DNA of 64,000 nt from Selaginella moellendorffii. Taxonomy: Eukaryota; Plantae; Lycopodiophyta. The notes beneath the pieces were generated by a model that worked only from the letters and a program-made list of their open reading frames with translations, did no database searches and was not told the DNA's origin. The stretch covers positions 208,002 to 272,001 of the forward strand of contig NW_003314288.1 of assembly GCF_000143415.4 (NCBI RefSeq), read 5' to 3'. The position numbers were made by a program, and so were the translations under genes. Below, one piece after another: positions 26,866 through 37,697 of this stretch (positions within the stretch are counted from its first letter, which is position 1; the number at the start of each line of letters is the position of its first letter).

Positions 26866-27063
26866 TCAGTTGCGCCAACAGCGATTGTTGCGCCAGACCC
26901 AACCCCTCTGGCAACGGTGGCAACTGTTGTCATACCAATACCACCCCGACTGGCAGCGCTGGGCAGCAGCCTTTGCGATCCCTCCCACGTCCACGCCCAT
27001 GGCCAGCATCATCCCAAACATGGCAAGTGCCAAAAACATCACCAAGAAAGCCTTGTTCTCCAT
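26866..27063 (-). CDS. Small predicted secreted Cys/Trp/Arg-rich peptide precursor, long form (copy 1)
   Basis: 65 aa: hydrophobic leader plus QRCQSGWYWYDNSCHRCQRGWVWRNNRCWRN; TATAAATA about 75 bp upstream; five intact paralogues in window. Confidence 0.85.
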   Translation of the reverse strand: MENKAFLVMFLALAMFGMMLAMGVDVGGIAKAAAQRCQSGWYWYDNSCHRCQRGWVWRNNRCWRN

Positions 27064-27137
27064 GATTTGCTGCTCAGACTAAGATCAAGCAGGCTTGTAT
27101 ATTAGAGAGAAATGGTTTGATCTTTGAGCCAGGCTCG

Positions 27138-27145
27138 TATTTATA
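27138..27145 (-). promoter_or_regulatory. TATA box of peptide gene (conserved in all six intact copies)
   Basis: TATAAATA at 27138-27145(-), 29540-29547(+), 34007-34014(-), 37760-37767(-), 57273-57280(+), 62235-62242(-), each about 60-80 bp before the ATG. Confidence 0.75.
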
Positions 27146-27439
27146 GCTCGAGGCAGCACAGAATGTTAGATGGACGCTGGAGAGTTGTCTTGGGACGGCT
27201 TCGCTTATTTCTTATCTCTGAAAGAATATTTGAAAGTTAGTCCAGTAAAAGTGGTTCCGTGTTTGCCAATTCTTCTTTTTCCTATAATGCTTCTCCAACC
27301 CTTCAAATCCTTATCTCCAAAGTCACTCTAGCATTCCTCTTCTAGCTTTGCCAAAACTTTACAAGAGTTTGATTCAAAGTTCCGCTTCCAGTCACCCACA
27401 ACATTAATCAAAGTGTTGTTAAAGTTATACTTGTTGACT

Positions 27440-29070
27440 CTTTGATGTAGTCGCCTGGTTTCATCTCCAAGAGTTTCTCTGCGGCACGAGCTGCAACATC
27501 GATGGTCTTGCTGCTACCATGAACTTTGCAAGCACTGATCAAGCTCTTCCACGCAAGGAAATGCGGCTGGAAGGGCATCACCAGCAGCAGACCTTCGGCC
27601 TTGGCAACCAGCCCGGCTCATCCCAGCACATCTGCCATCACCTGGAAGTGAATCACATTTGGAGAAATACTGTACTCCGCCACCATAGATCGAAAGTAGT
27701 CGAGTGCCACACGGAGCTTCCCACCGTGATTGCAAGTCAGGAGAATCCCCTGGAAACTTATCTCGTTTCTCGCCTCGCCCTCCATTGCCATGCTGCCAAA
27801 AACCATCGCATTCCACAACACAATGCTCCGTTCAGGCAATGTGGAGAAGATCTTCCCGGCCTGCAAGACATTCCCCCTTTGAGCGCTCGCGGCAAGGATC
27901 GTGTTCCAGTTCGCTGTGGCTCTCACTGGCATGGCCGCGAAGAGCTCCCGCGCTTGGACGAGGCAATTGCTCTGGATGTAAGCTCCCAGCATCGTGTTCC
28001 ACGCGACGCTATCGTGCTGTGGCACTTGGTCGAACAAGGCTCTGGCATCGATCAAGCTCCCGTGCAAAGCAATTGCCGCCAGCATTGCCATCCAACGACG
28101 AGATCGCACTGTGGCATCCGTGCAAACATCTTCATGGCTTCTTCGAGGTGGCCGTGCTTGGAGTAGGCCAAGCAGTCCACACCACGTCGTCGTGACAAGG
28201 AGCTCGATCGAAGAGAACGCGAGCTTCTTCGAGCTGGTTTCTCTCGGCCAGTGCTGTGACCATTGTCGACCACGATGCAACGTTCCTCTGTGGCATGACA
28301 TCAAACAGAGACCTTGCTTCTTGCAGGCTGGACGTTGCCGCTAGCATTGCGTTCCACGAGATTAAGTCGCGGTGTGGCATTTTACTGAAAAGCTCCTTGA
28401 ATTGTTCAATATGCCCAAGGTGGGCATATGCAATGACAAGAACAGTCCATCCGAGCTCGTTGGTTTCGGGGATTATCATGAACACATTTAGCGCGTCGTT
28501 AACAAAATCTTTTCTTGCATACCCAGTAACCATAACAGTCCAAGAAACTATGTTGTGTTCTAGCATTTCATCAAAGATCTGGCTTGCCTGATCCATATGC
28601 CCGTTATGGGCATATGCTGTAAGTAGCGAGTTCCAGCAAACTACATCCCATTTTGGAACATGATCAAAAAATGCTTGGCACTCCTCCAAGTTTCCACGGT
28701 TTCCATGAGATAGAGATCCATGCAACAATATCTCTTTGTGGCAAACAGCTCTTTTGCTTCCTCAAGATCCGCATTTTGGGCATAAGCGCCAAGCATCCAG
28801 GAGAACTGTTGGGCTCATGGATGGCTGATAAACACCTGCCATGCTCGATCCGCGCGCTCGCACCTTTCTTAGTGCTGGATGAGAAGATTTGCGAGGTACC
28901 TGCTGGATTGGTGGTGAAGGCGAAGAGACACGCAGGAGGAGGAAGAACTTTCTATGTATTTCAACTGTATATGGATGGTACATGTACATGGAAACTACTG
29001 CCACGAGGGCATAATTACATGCCACATCATCTCTACCTCTAGCATTCAATCGGTACTCATCGATAATTTC
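27440..29070 (-). pseudogene. PPR pseudogene (paralogue of 48469-50247)
   Basis: High similarity to the intact PPR, but split across frames with deletions and stops. Confidence 0.9.
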
Positions 29071-29291
29071 CTTTGCTTTTTCCGGCGTTTTCCTGGAATA
29101 CAGTTAACTCTCTCGACACAAAATAGAGCTTTGATTTGTCAATGGCGAATAAGCGTTTCCAAAGGCGGCATTTCATATGGGGCAATTGGATTTCTGCTGT
29201 AAAAAGGAAACACAGTGTGTTCCCTAAATTTGTTCTTCATAGTTATCACGGTTTGAATTATAAATTGCTAAATAATCCCTGAGAGGAAACT

Positions 29292-29390
29292 TACAACCCA
29301 TACCAGCACCATCCTCGAGGTGCAATTCCTCCACGTCCACGCCCATGGCAGGCATTACAAACGTGACGAGCACCGAAAACAACAACCTTT
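29292..29390 (-). pseudogene. One-module peptide relic (type D)
   Basis: Minus strand reads ...GGIAPRGWCWYG with a frameshifted leader remnant. Confidence 0.55.
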
Positions 29391-29608
29391 TTGCTGCTAG
29401 TAAGCTTGTTATGATTTAATCTACGTAGTCCTTACCTCTTTGAGTTCCGTGTTTGGGAATTTCTTCTTCTTTCTATAATGCTGGAAAAAAGAAGAAATTC
29501 CCGAACACAGAACTTGACTACAGAGTTGTAGCTGCGAACTATAAATATGAGCCCCTTCTGCCGCACAGATCAAACTACTTCTCTCTTCTCTTAGTTTGTC
29601 AGCAAATC

Positions 29609-29788
29609 ATGGAGAACAAGGCTTTATACGTGTTGTTTTTGGCGCTCGCCATGTTTGTGATGATGCTGGCCACGGGCGTGGACGTGGGAGGAATCGCAAA
29701 GGCTGCTGCCCAGCGCTGCCAGTCGGGGTGGTATTGGTATGACAATAGTTGCCACCGTTGCCAGAGGGGTTGGAGCTGGCGCAACTGA
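29609..29788 (+). CDS. Secreted Cys/Trp/Arg-rich peptide precursor, short form (copy 2)
   Basis: 59 aa MENKALYVLFLALAMFVMMLATGVDVGGIAKAAAQRCQSGWYWYDNSCHRCQRGWSWRN; TATA at 29540. Confidence 0.82.
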   Translation: MENKALYVLFLALAMFVMMLATGVDVGGIAKAAAQRCQSGWYWYDNSCHRCQRGWSWRN

Positions 29789-30104
29789 AACCTCTCGTTT
29801 CACGGGGTAAGCCCAAGTTAAGAATCAGCATCGTAATTGATTTCATCATTCTGCAGTGCCAAGGGTCTGGAAACAAGAATAAAGACACTGATAACGTGCT
29901 TTCTGTATCGTGCGATGCTGGATGAGTTCTAGCAATAATATATAAATTGTCCAGGCCTCGATATAAAATGTCTGAATCTCTCTTGCTCCTTCTCCTCTCT
30001 TCTCCAAATCCCTCAACTTTCAATCAATCCATCGCTAGATTGATCGATTGCTCCAATGATCGGCAAGCAACAAGACTCGATTGGAGCATCACAACCAGGC
30101 CCAG

Positions 30105-30255
30105 CTAGCAGTGGGAGTGGAGGTCGGGGGGATGGTGCAGCGCTGCCGCGGAGGATGGTGGAATGGATTTCGCTGCATGCAATGCAATTGGTACGGGTAT
30201 GACAACAGAGGCCATCGATGCCAGCGAGGGGAATAGCAGCCGCTGCCTCCGCTGA
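30105..30255 (+). pseudogene. Three-module peptide relic (type B)
   Basis: LAVGVEVGGMVQRCRGGWWNGFRCMQCNWYGYDNRGHRCQRG, then a frameshift before NSSRCLR*. Confidence 0.7.
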
Positions 30256-30293
30256 AGAATCGCCAAAGCTTGCTGGGTTGACAGTGTGGATGA

Positions 30294-30397
30294 GATACAT
30301 AGAATACGAAAATGTTTTAGAGTCCTATGATACATAGAATACGAAAATGTTTTAGAGTCCTATGATACATAGAATACGAAAATGTTTTGGAGTCCTA
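30294..30397. repeat. 35-bp minisatellite x3
   Basis: GATACATAGAATACGAAAATGTTTTAGAGTCCTAT repeated three times. Confidence 0.95.
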
Positions 30398-31059
30398 GAA
30401 GTCTTTAGTACTCTCTACATATGTGTTTGGAATTCTGTCAATGTGTTTTCTGGAAAGTTGTTGAAAGTTCGCAATAACCAGAATGACAAGAAAATTTAGA
30501 AAAATTTATATCATATAATATTAAATAAACTAATATATATGCTTGTCAATGAAAGTGAACTTGGAAAAGCAACAAGATGGAAATATGACAAGTGGAGACA
30601 AAATTTTCAACAATCTGATCTCTTTCCCAAGACAAAGTCTAGCAAGTACATACACCATGTACATAAAACACGGATTTTTGTTCTTTTTGGTGGCAGTGAA
30701 GCCAATAGCAATGGCGCATGGTGATGCATGAATTCAACAATAATATATATTATAAACTGTGAAAAACCAAAAAATGTTGTCTGTACTTTGATTTAGTGTG
30801 TTGCTACGATTTCCTTGACTAACTTTCAAAGGATAAAGTGATGCACTCTAGCATTGTGTCCTTGGGAGTTCAAACCTCTGTGTTCAAGAGGTTTTCTTTT
30901 AAATATACCAATAAAAAAATGCATCTTGGTATACTATTTAAATTTATCCTTCCAAAAGTTTGCATAATCATTATCACTTTTGAGACAAAACAATTGTAGT
31001 GGATAGACTTAAAATATACTAGTCTCAAGAGTGGACTAGGAAAGTGCATAGAATCTTGA

Positions 31060-32101
31060 GGTAAGAACATTCTTGTAAAAAAGAAAGCATTTCTTTCTTT
31101 TATGTTTTCTAGATCCGATCACAAGATTTTACTGTTACATCAACTGCAAATCTCAGCCAGAACAACATTACACGAAGAAAATCTCACAATACTTCCTTGG
31201 CTGGTCCAAAAGGTACAACCTTACTTTGAAGAGCTCGTGTGCCGTCATTGCATCCAGAGGTACACTATACTTTGAGGTCTTAATTAAACCACTTTTAGCC
31301 TGTTGTGCAGAAAAATTGTCAGGCAGCTCTTGTCAGTGAAAGACAATGTCCCAAACCTGCAAAGGTAAAAGATAAAAAGAAAGAGAACCAACTTACTTCT
31401 CTTCTTGTTGTCATCTATAGCACTAAGCTGGATAGACAGAGAACCGAGCCAAAAGTGGAGCAGTAGCTTCATGAAATGGCGCCCAGAGATCAGTAGCAAG
31501 CTTGGGGAGGCCTTAACATGCAAAGTTCCTAAGCAAAGAAGTTGCATCACGATTCTATGAGAATCTTGATGCATCTTATGCTGCAAGCAGTTACGAGCCA
31601 AAACACATCTGGAATGTTGACAAAATTAGTGTCTAAGCCAATTGTTCTAAAGGTGTCAAAGTTTTGGACACCCCAGGCGTCAGATTCAGCTACTGAATTG
31701 TCCCAAACAACACTGAGCACATGACTATTCTTGTGGCAGTGAATGCTGCTACCTGGATTCTATATCTTCAAAGGCGAGTGGAGGATGCAAAATTGGATTG
31801 CAGATTGCAAAGTGGGAGTTACCCTCACCATCAGTAATAACGCTTGAATGATATAAAATCTATTGGCTTGAACACTTTATGAAATCAATCCCTAATGGAT
31901 GCTCACCTACAACCACCACACTCTCATTGTTGATGGCCACAGGTCTTATGTGACCAAATTTGTCCTGGAAACAACAAGACTATTAGGCATGGACAAGTTA
32001 CCATAGTAGGCCATGGTAACTATGGACCATGGACTACTATATGTTACTATATAGTAATATGTTACCATATTACTACCCATCTCACCACATGCAACCTTTG
32101 G
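31060..32101 (+). pseudogene. pogo/Fot1-like DDE transposase relic
   Basis: IWNVDK, EHMTILVAVNAA and LIVDGHRSYV motifs; homologous to 44540-45880 and 58580-60400. Confidence 0.7.
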
Positions 32102-32338
32102 CATCGATCATTTCCTTTGCTTTTACTGGCGTTTTCCTGGAATACAGTAAACTCTCTCGACTGACAAGATAGAGCTTTGATTTGTCAATGGTGAATAAGC
32201 GTACATGGGGCAATTGGATTTGTGCAGTACAAAGGAAACGGTGGTCATAGTGTGTTCCCTCAACTTGTTCTTCATAGTTGAATTATACATTTATAATTGC
32301 CGAGAGGAAACTTACAATCACAGAGAGGAGCTAGCTTT

Positions 32339-32474
32339 CTAGTTAAGGTGGCAGCTGCCGCCATACTAGTGCCATCCTCGAGGTGCGATTCCTCCCACGT
32401 CCACTCTCATGGCCAGCATCAGCACAAACATGGCAAGCACCGAAAACAACACCAAGCAAGCCTTGGTTCTCCAT
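32339..32474 (-). pseudogene. One-module peptide pseudogene (type D)
   Basis: MEN(+1)KACLVLFSVLAMFVLMLAMRVDVGGIAPRGWH*YGGSCHLN: frameshift and internal TAG. Confidence 0.75.
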
Positions 32475-33338
32475 GATTTGCTGCTAATACTAAGAGATCA
32501 ACGAGTATATTCGAGAGAAGTGATTTGATCTGTGAGGCCGCTCTATCTTGTCAGTCGAGAGAGTTTACTGTATTCCAGGAAAACGCCAGTAAAAGCAAAG
32601 GAAATGATCGAGACGTTACATACAATGCTGTAACGTCTCTTGGGGCGGCATCACTTTGTCCTTTGAAAGTTAGTCGAGGAAATCGTTCCGTGTTTGTCAA
32701 TTCCTTTTCTTTTCTATAATGCTGGGACATAGAACAACATGAATCCAGATGAGTAAAGGCACAGTTTATATAATATATATTATTGAACTCATGCATAACC
32801 ACGCGCCATTGCTATAGACTTCACTGCCACCGAAAAGACAAATATCCAAATAAATAGCTGGATCTTGACGATCTTTAGAAGTTTTTCATTTCATTTTCGA
32901 TCGAGAGAGCGGACGTGGTCGGTGTATGTAATTGCTAGACTTTGTCTTGGGAAAGAGGTCAAATTTGTTGAAATTTTTGTCTCCACTACTGCGTCTTATT
33001 TCCTTCTTGTTGCTTTTCCAAGTTCCACGTCGAGACTAAGATGGCAAACTTTTCATGACGAAAACATATATTATTTTATTTAATATTATATAATAATAAT
33101 TTTTAGTCCAAAAATTTGAATTTTTTTTATATTACAAGTGAACCAACTTTCTAGAAAACACATTGACAGTCTCAGGGGCATGAAAATTTCAAACACATGA
33201 ATAGAGATCACAGAAGATTCTCAGGACTCGTTCACTCTTATTCGATATATCTCATCCGCTGTCAGCCCAACTCTTCATGATTCGAGATGCGCTCCCGTGG
33301 TTCTTCAAGGCACCAGGCTAGCGAACTTTGGCGATTCT

Positions 33339-33450
33339 TCAGCAGCGGCTGCCGTTCGAGCGCCACCCTCGCTGGCATCGATGGCAACTGTTGTCATACC
33401 CGTACCAATTGCATTGCACGCAGCGAAATCCGTCGGCAGCGCTGCGCCAT
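33339..33450 (-). pseudogene. Type B peptide relic
   Basis: MAQRC, then a deletion frameshift, then GFRCVQCNWYGYDNSCHRCQRGWRSNGSRC*; no intact signal peptide. Confidence 0.7.
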
Positions 33451-33730
33451 CGCCTTGGTGAGCAAGGTGTGCCTGAGCCTGGTTGTGACGCTCCAATCGA
33501 GTCGAGCAATCGATCAATCCAGCGATGCATTGATTGGAAGAGAGGAGGAGCAAGAGACACTTAGACTTTTTATATCAAGCTGGACAACTTATTTATTAAT
33601 GCTGTGACTCATCACGATCAGAAAACACGTTACAGTGTCTTTATTCTTTCTTGGCACTGCAGAATGATGAAATCAAAGGCAATTACGATGTTCAATCTTA
33701 ACATGGGCTTACCCCGTGAAATGGGATGTT

Positions 33731-33928
33731 TCAGTTGCGCCAACAGCGATTGTTGCGCCAGACCCAACCCCTCTGGCAACGGTGGCAACTGTTGTCATAC
33801 CAATACCACCCTGACTGGCAGCGCTGGGCAGCAGCCTTTGCGATTCCTCCCACGTCCACGCCCATGGCCAGCATCATCACAAACATGGCAAGCGCCAAAA
33901 ACATCACCAAGAAAGCCTTGTTCTCCAT
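33731..33928 (-). CDS. Secreted Cys/Trp/Arg-rich peptide precursor, long form (copy 3)
   Basis: 65 aa, mature region identical to copy 1 with a synonymous Ser change; TATA at 34007. Confidence 0.85.
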   Translation of the reverse strand: MENKAFLVMFLALAMFVMMLAMGVDVGGIAKAAAQRCQSGWYWYDNSCHRCQRGWVWRNNRCWRN

Positions 33929-34574
33929 GATTTTGCTGCTCAGACTAAGATCAAGTAGGCTTGTATATTAGAGAAATGATTTGATCTGTGAGGCATGAGA
34001 GGCTCGTATTTATAGCTCGAGGCAGCACAAAATGTTAGATGGACGCTGGAGAGTTGTCTTGGGACGGCTTCGCTTATTTCTTATCTCTGGAAGAATATTT
34101 GAAAGTTAGTCCAGTAAAAGTGGTTCCGTGTTTGCCAATTCTTCTTTTTCCTATAATGCTTCTCCAACCCTTCAAATCCTTATCTCCAAAGTCACTCTAT
34201 CATTCCTCTTCTAGCTTTGCCAAAACTTTACAAGAGTTTGATTCAAAGTTCCATAGAAATTCCATGCTAATATACTAAACACGAACCTAATACCTTGTCT
34301 TCCTTCTCGACCACAGACTCAGTACGGCCGCTTCCAGTCACCCGCAACATTAATCAAAGTGGTAAATGCTACATCGTCTCTTCTCACTGGCAGGCTCTTG
34401 ACAATCTCTTGGGCATTCTAGAAAGTGACATCAATAATTATCAAGATTTTATTCATTAAAATTGTTTTTCTTATTTAAGTTAAAGAATTTAAGTTAAGTT
34501 ATTAATAGAATGTTATTCTATTAATTAGATGTTGTTAAAGTTATACTCTTTAACGTTAACCTGCCAAATAGACT

Positions 34575-36104
34575 CATGTGAAGCTGCTTTTGCAGATTCG
34601 ACATGAGCACGTAGAGCACTAGAGTCCCCTGGTTTCATCTCCAAGAGTTTCTCTGCGGCACGAGCTGCAACATCGATGTTCTTGCCGCTACCATGAACTT
34701 TGCAAGCGCTGATCAAGCTCTTCCACGAGAGGAAATGCGGCTGGAAGGGCATCACCAGCAGCAGACCTTCAGCCTCGGCAACCATCCCGGCTCGTCCCAG
34801 CACATCTGCCATCGCCTGGAAGTGAATCACATTTGGAGAAATGCTGTACTCGGCCACCATATATCGAAAGCAGTCGAGTGCCACACGAAGCTTCCCACCG
34901 TGATTGCAAGTCAGGAGAATCGCCTGGAAACTTATCTCGTTTCTCGCCTCGCCCTCCATCGCCATGCTACCAAAAAACTCAGCAGCTTTTCGCTCATGGG
35001 TGCGCAGCCATGGATCATCGCGTTCCACGACACAATGCTCCGTTCAGGCAATGTGGAGAAGATCTTCCCGACCTGCAAGAGATTCCCCCTTTGAGCGCTC
35101 GCGGCAAGGATCGCGTTCCAGCTCGCTGTGTCTCTCACCGGCATGGCTGTGAAGAGCTCCCGCGCTTGGACGAGGCAATTGCTCTGGATGTAAGCTCCCA
35201 GCATCGTGTTCCACGCGGCACTATCGTGCTGTGGCATTTTGTCGAACAAGGCTCTGGCATCGATCAAGCTCCCGTGCAAAGCAATTGCCGCCAGCATTGC
35301 CGTCCAACGACGAGATCGCGCTGTGGCATCCGTGCAAACATCTTCATGGCTTCTTCGAGGTGGCCGTGGTTGGAGTAGGCCAAGATCATGGCAGTCCACA
35401 CCACGTCGTCGTGACAAGGAGCTCGATCGAAGAGAATGCGAGCTTCTTCGAGCTGGTTTCTCTCGGCCAGTGCCGTGATCATTGTCAACCACGATGCAAC
35501 GTTCCTCTGTGGCATGGCATCAAACAGAGACCTTTCTTCTTGCAGGCTGGACGTTGCCGCTAGCATTACGAGATTAAGTCGCGGTGTGGCATTTTACTGA
35601 AAAGCTCCTTGGATTTTTCAATATGCCCAAGCTCGGCATATGAAGTGACAAGAACAGTCCATCCCAGCTCGTTGGTTTGGGGATTCTCATAAACAAATTT
35701 AGCGCATCGTTAACAAGTTCTTTTCGTTAACCATGACAGTCCAAGAAACTATATTGTGTTCTAACATTCCATCAAAGATCTGGCTTGCCTGATCCATATG
35801 CCCGTTAGGAGCATATGCTGTAGGTAGCGAGTTCCAGCAAGCTACATCCCATTCGGGAACCTGATCAAATAATGCTCGGCATTCCTCTAAATTTCCATGG
35901 TTTTCATGAGCCGTGATTACAGTGACCCATGCAACAATATCCTTTTGTGGCATCTGGTCAAACAGCTCTTTTGCTTCCTCGAGATACCCAATCTGGGCAT
36001 AAGCGCCAAGCATCAAGTTCCAGGAGAATCTTCTCATCCAGCTCTATGGAAGATGCGATCGCGCAGATCGAGCATGGCAGGTGTTTATCAGCATCCAAGA
36101 GCCC
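34575..36104 (-). pseudogene. PPR pseudogene, 5'-truncated
   Basis: Frameshifted copy of 48469-50247 that retains the E-domain tail; micro-inversion at its 5' end. Confidence 0.9.
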
Positions 36105-36193
36105 GTGTGTTCCCTCAACTTGTTCTTCATAGTTGAATTATACATTTAAAATTGCCGAGAGGAAACTTACGATCACAGAGAGGAGCTAGCTTT

Positions 36194-36327
36194 CTAGTTA
36201 CGGTGGCAGCTGCCGCCATACTAGCGCCATCCTCGAGGTGCGATTCCTCCCACGTCCACTCTCATCCAGCATCAGCACAAACATGGCAAGCACCGAAAAC
36301 AACACCAAGCAAGCCTTGGTTCTCCAT
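36194..36327 (-). pseudogene. One-module peptide pseudogene (type D)
   Basis: Near-duplicate of 32339-32474 (...IAPRGWR*YGGSCHRN). Confidence 0.75.
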
Positions 36328-37085
36328 GATTTGCTGCTAATACTAAGAGTTCAACGAGTATATTCGAGAGAAGTGATTTGATCTGTGAGGCCGCTCGTAT
36401 TTGTAGCTGGAGGCAGCATACAATGCTGTGGCGTCTCTTGGGGCGGCATCACTTTGTCCTTTGAAAGTTAGTCGAGGAATCGTTCCGTGTTTGTCAATTC
36501 CTTTTCTTTTCTATAATGCTGGGACATAGAACAACATGAATCCAGATGAGTAAAGGCACAGTTTATATAATATATATTATTGAAACTCATGCATCACCAC
36601 GCGCCATTGCTATAGACTTCACTGCCATTGAAAAGGACGAATATCCAAATAAATAGCTGGATCTTGACGATCTTTAGAAGGTTTCATTTCATTTTCGATC
36701 GAGAGAAGGGACGTGGTTGGTGTATGTAATTGCTAGACTTTGTCTTGGGAAAGAAATCAGATTCGTTGAAAATTTTGTCTCCACTACTGCGTCTTATTTC
36801 CTTCTTGTTGCTTTTCCAAGTTCGAGACTAACAAAAACATATAGATTTGACTCGTTCTAAATTGTTTTGATATTAAATGTGAACCAACTTTCTAGAAAAC
36901 AGTCTCAGGGGCATGAAAATTTCAAACACATGAATAGAGATCACTGAAGATTCTCAGAACTCCAAAGCGTTTTCGTTCACTCTTATTCTATATATCTCAT
37001 CCACGCTGTCAGCCCAACTTTTCATGATTCGAGATGCGCTCCCGTGGTTCTTCGAGGTGCCAGGCTAGCGAACTTTGGCGATTCT

Positions 37086-37197
37086 TCAGCAGCGGCTGCC
37101 ATTCGAGCGCCACCCTCACGGGCATCGATGGCAACTGTTGTCATACCCGTACCAATTGTATTGCACGCAGCGAAATCCATCGGCAGCGCTGCGCCAT
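37086..37197 (-). pseudogene. Type B peptide relic
   Basis: Duplicate of 33339-33450 with an extra stop (CHRCP*). Confidence 0.7.
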
Positions 37198-37499
37198 CGC
37201 CTTGGTGAGCTAGGTGTGCCTAGGCCTGGTTGTGACGCTCCAATCGAGTCGAGCAATCGATCAATCCAGCGATGCATTGATTGGAAGTCGAGGGATTTGG
37301 AGAAGAGAGGAGAAGGAGCAAGAGACATTTAGACTTTTTATATCAAGCTGGACAATTTATTTATTATTGCTGGAACTCATCACGATCAGAAAACACGTTA
37401 TCAGTGTCTTTATTCTTTCTTGGCACTGCAAAATGATGAAATCAAAGGCAATTACGATGTTGAATCTTAACATGGGCTTACCCCGTGAAACGGGATGTT

Positions 37500-37697
37500 T
37501 CAGTTGCGCCAGCAGCGATTGTTGCGCCAGACCCAACCCCTCTGGCAACGGTGGCAACTATTGTCATACCAATACCACCCCGACTGGCAGCGCTGGGCAG
37601 CAGCCTTTGCGATTCCTCCCACGTCCACGCCCATGGCCAGCATCATCACAAACATGGCGAGCGCCAAAAACAACACCAACAAAGCCTTGTTCTCCAT
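37500..37697 (-). CDS. Secreted Cys/Trp/Arg-rich peptide precursor, long form (copy 4)
   Basis: 65 aa, mature region identical to copies 1 and 3 with two synonymous changes; TATA at 37760. Confidence 0.85.
   Translation of the reverse strand: MENKALLVLFLALAMFVMMLAMGVDVGGIAKAAAQRCQSGWYWYDNSCHRCQRGWVWRNNRCWRN

Noticed and set aside
26866-27063. BURP-type RiPP precursor cluster
   Set aside because: No BURP domain or other modifying enzyme is visible in the window.
26721-27105. Recurrent ORFs opposite the peptide genes (…WQRWQLLSYQYHPDW…, …CCARPNPSGNGG…)
   Set aside because: Variable starts and lengths among copies; TATA, ATG and synonymous changes support the MENKA frame.
30294-30397. CRISPR-like array
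   Set aside because: Contiguous 35-bp repeats without spacers in eukaryotic DNA.
33339-33560. Intact 63-73 aa type B protein (MHRWIDRLL...)
   Set aside because: The N-terminus is not a signal peptide, and comparison with the 30105 copy shows the frame arises from a deletion.
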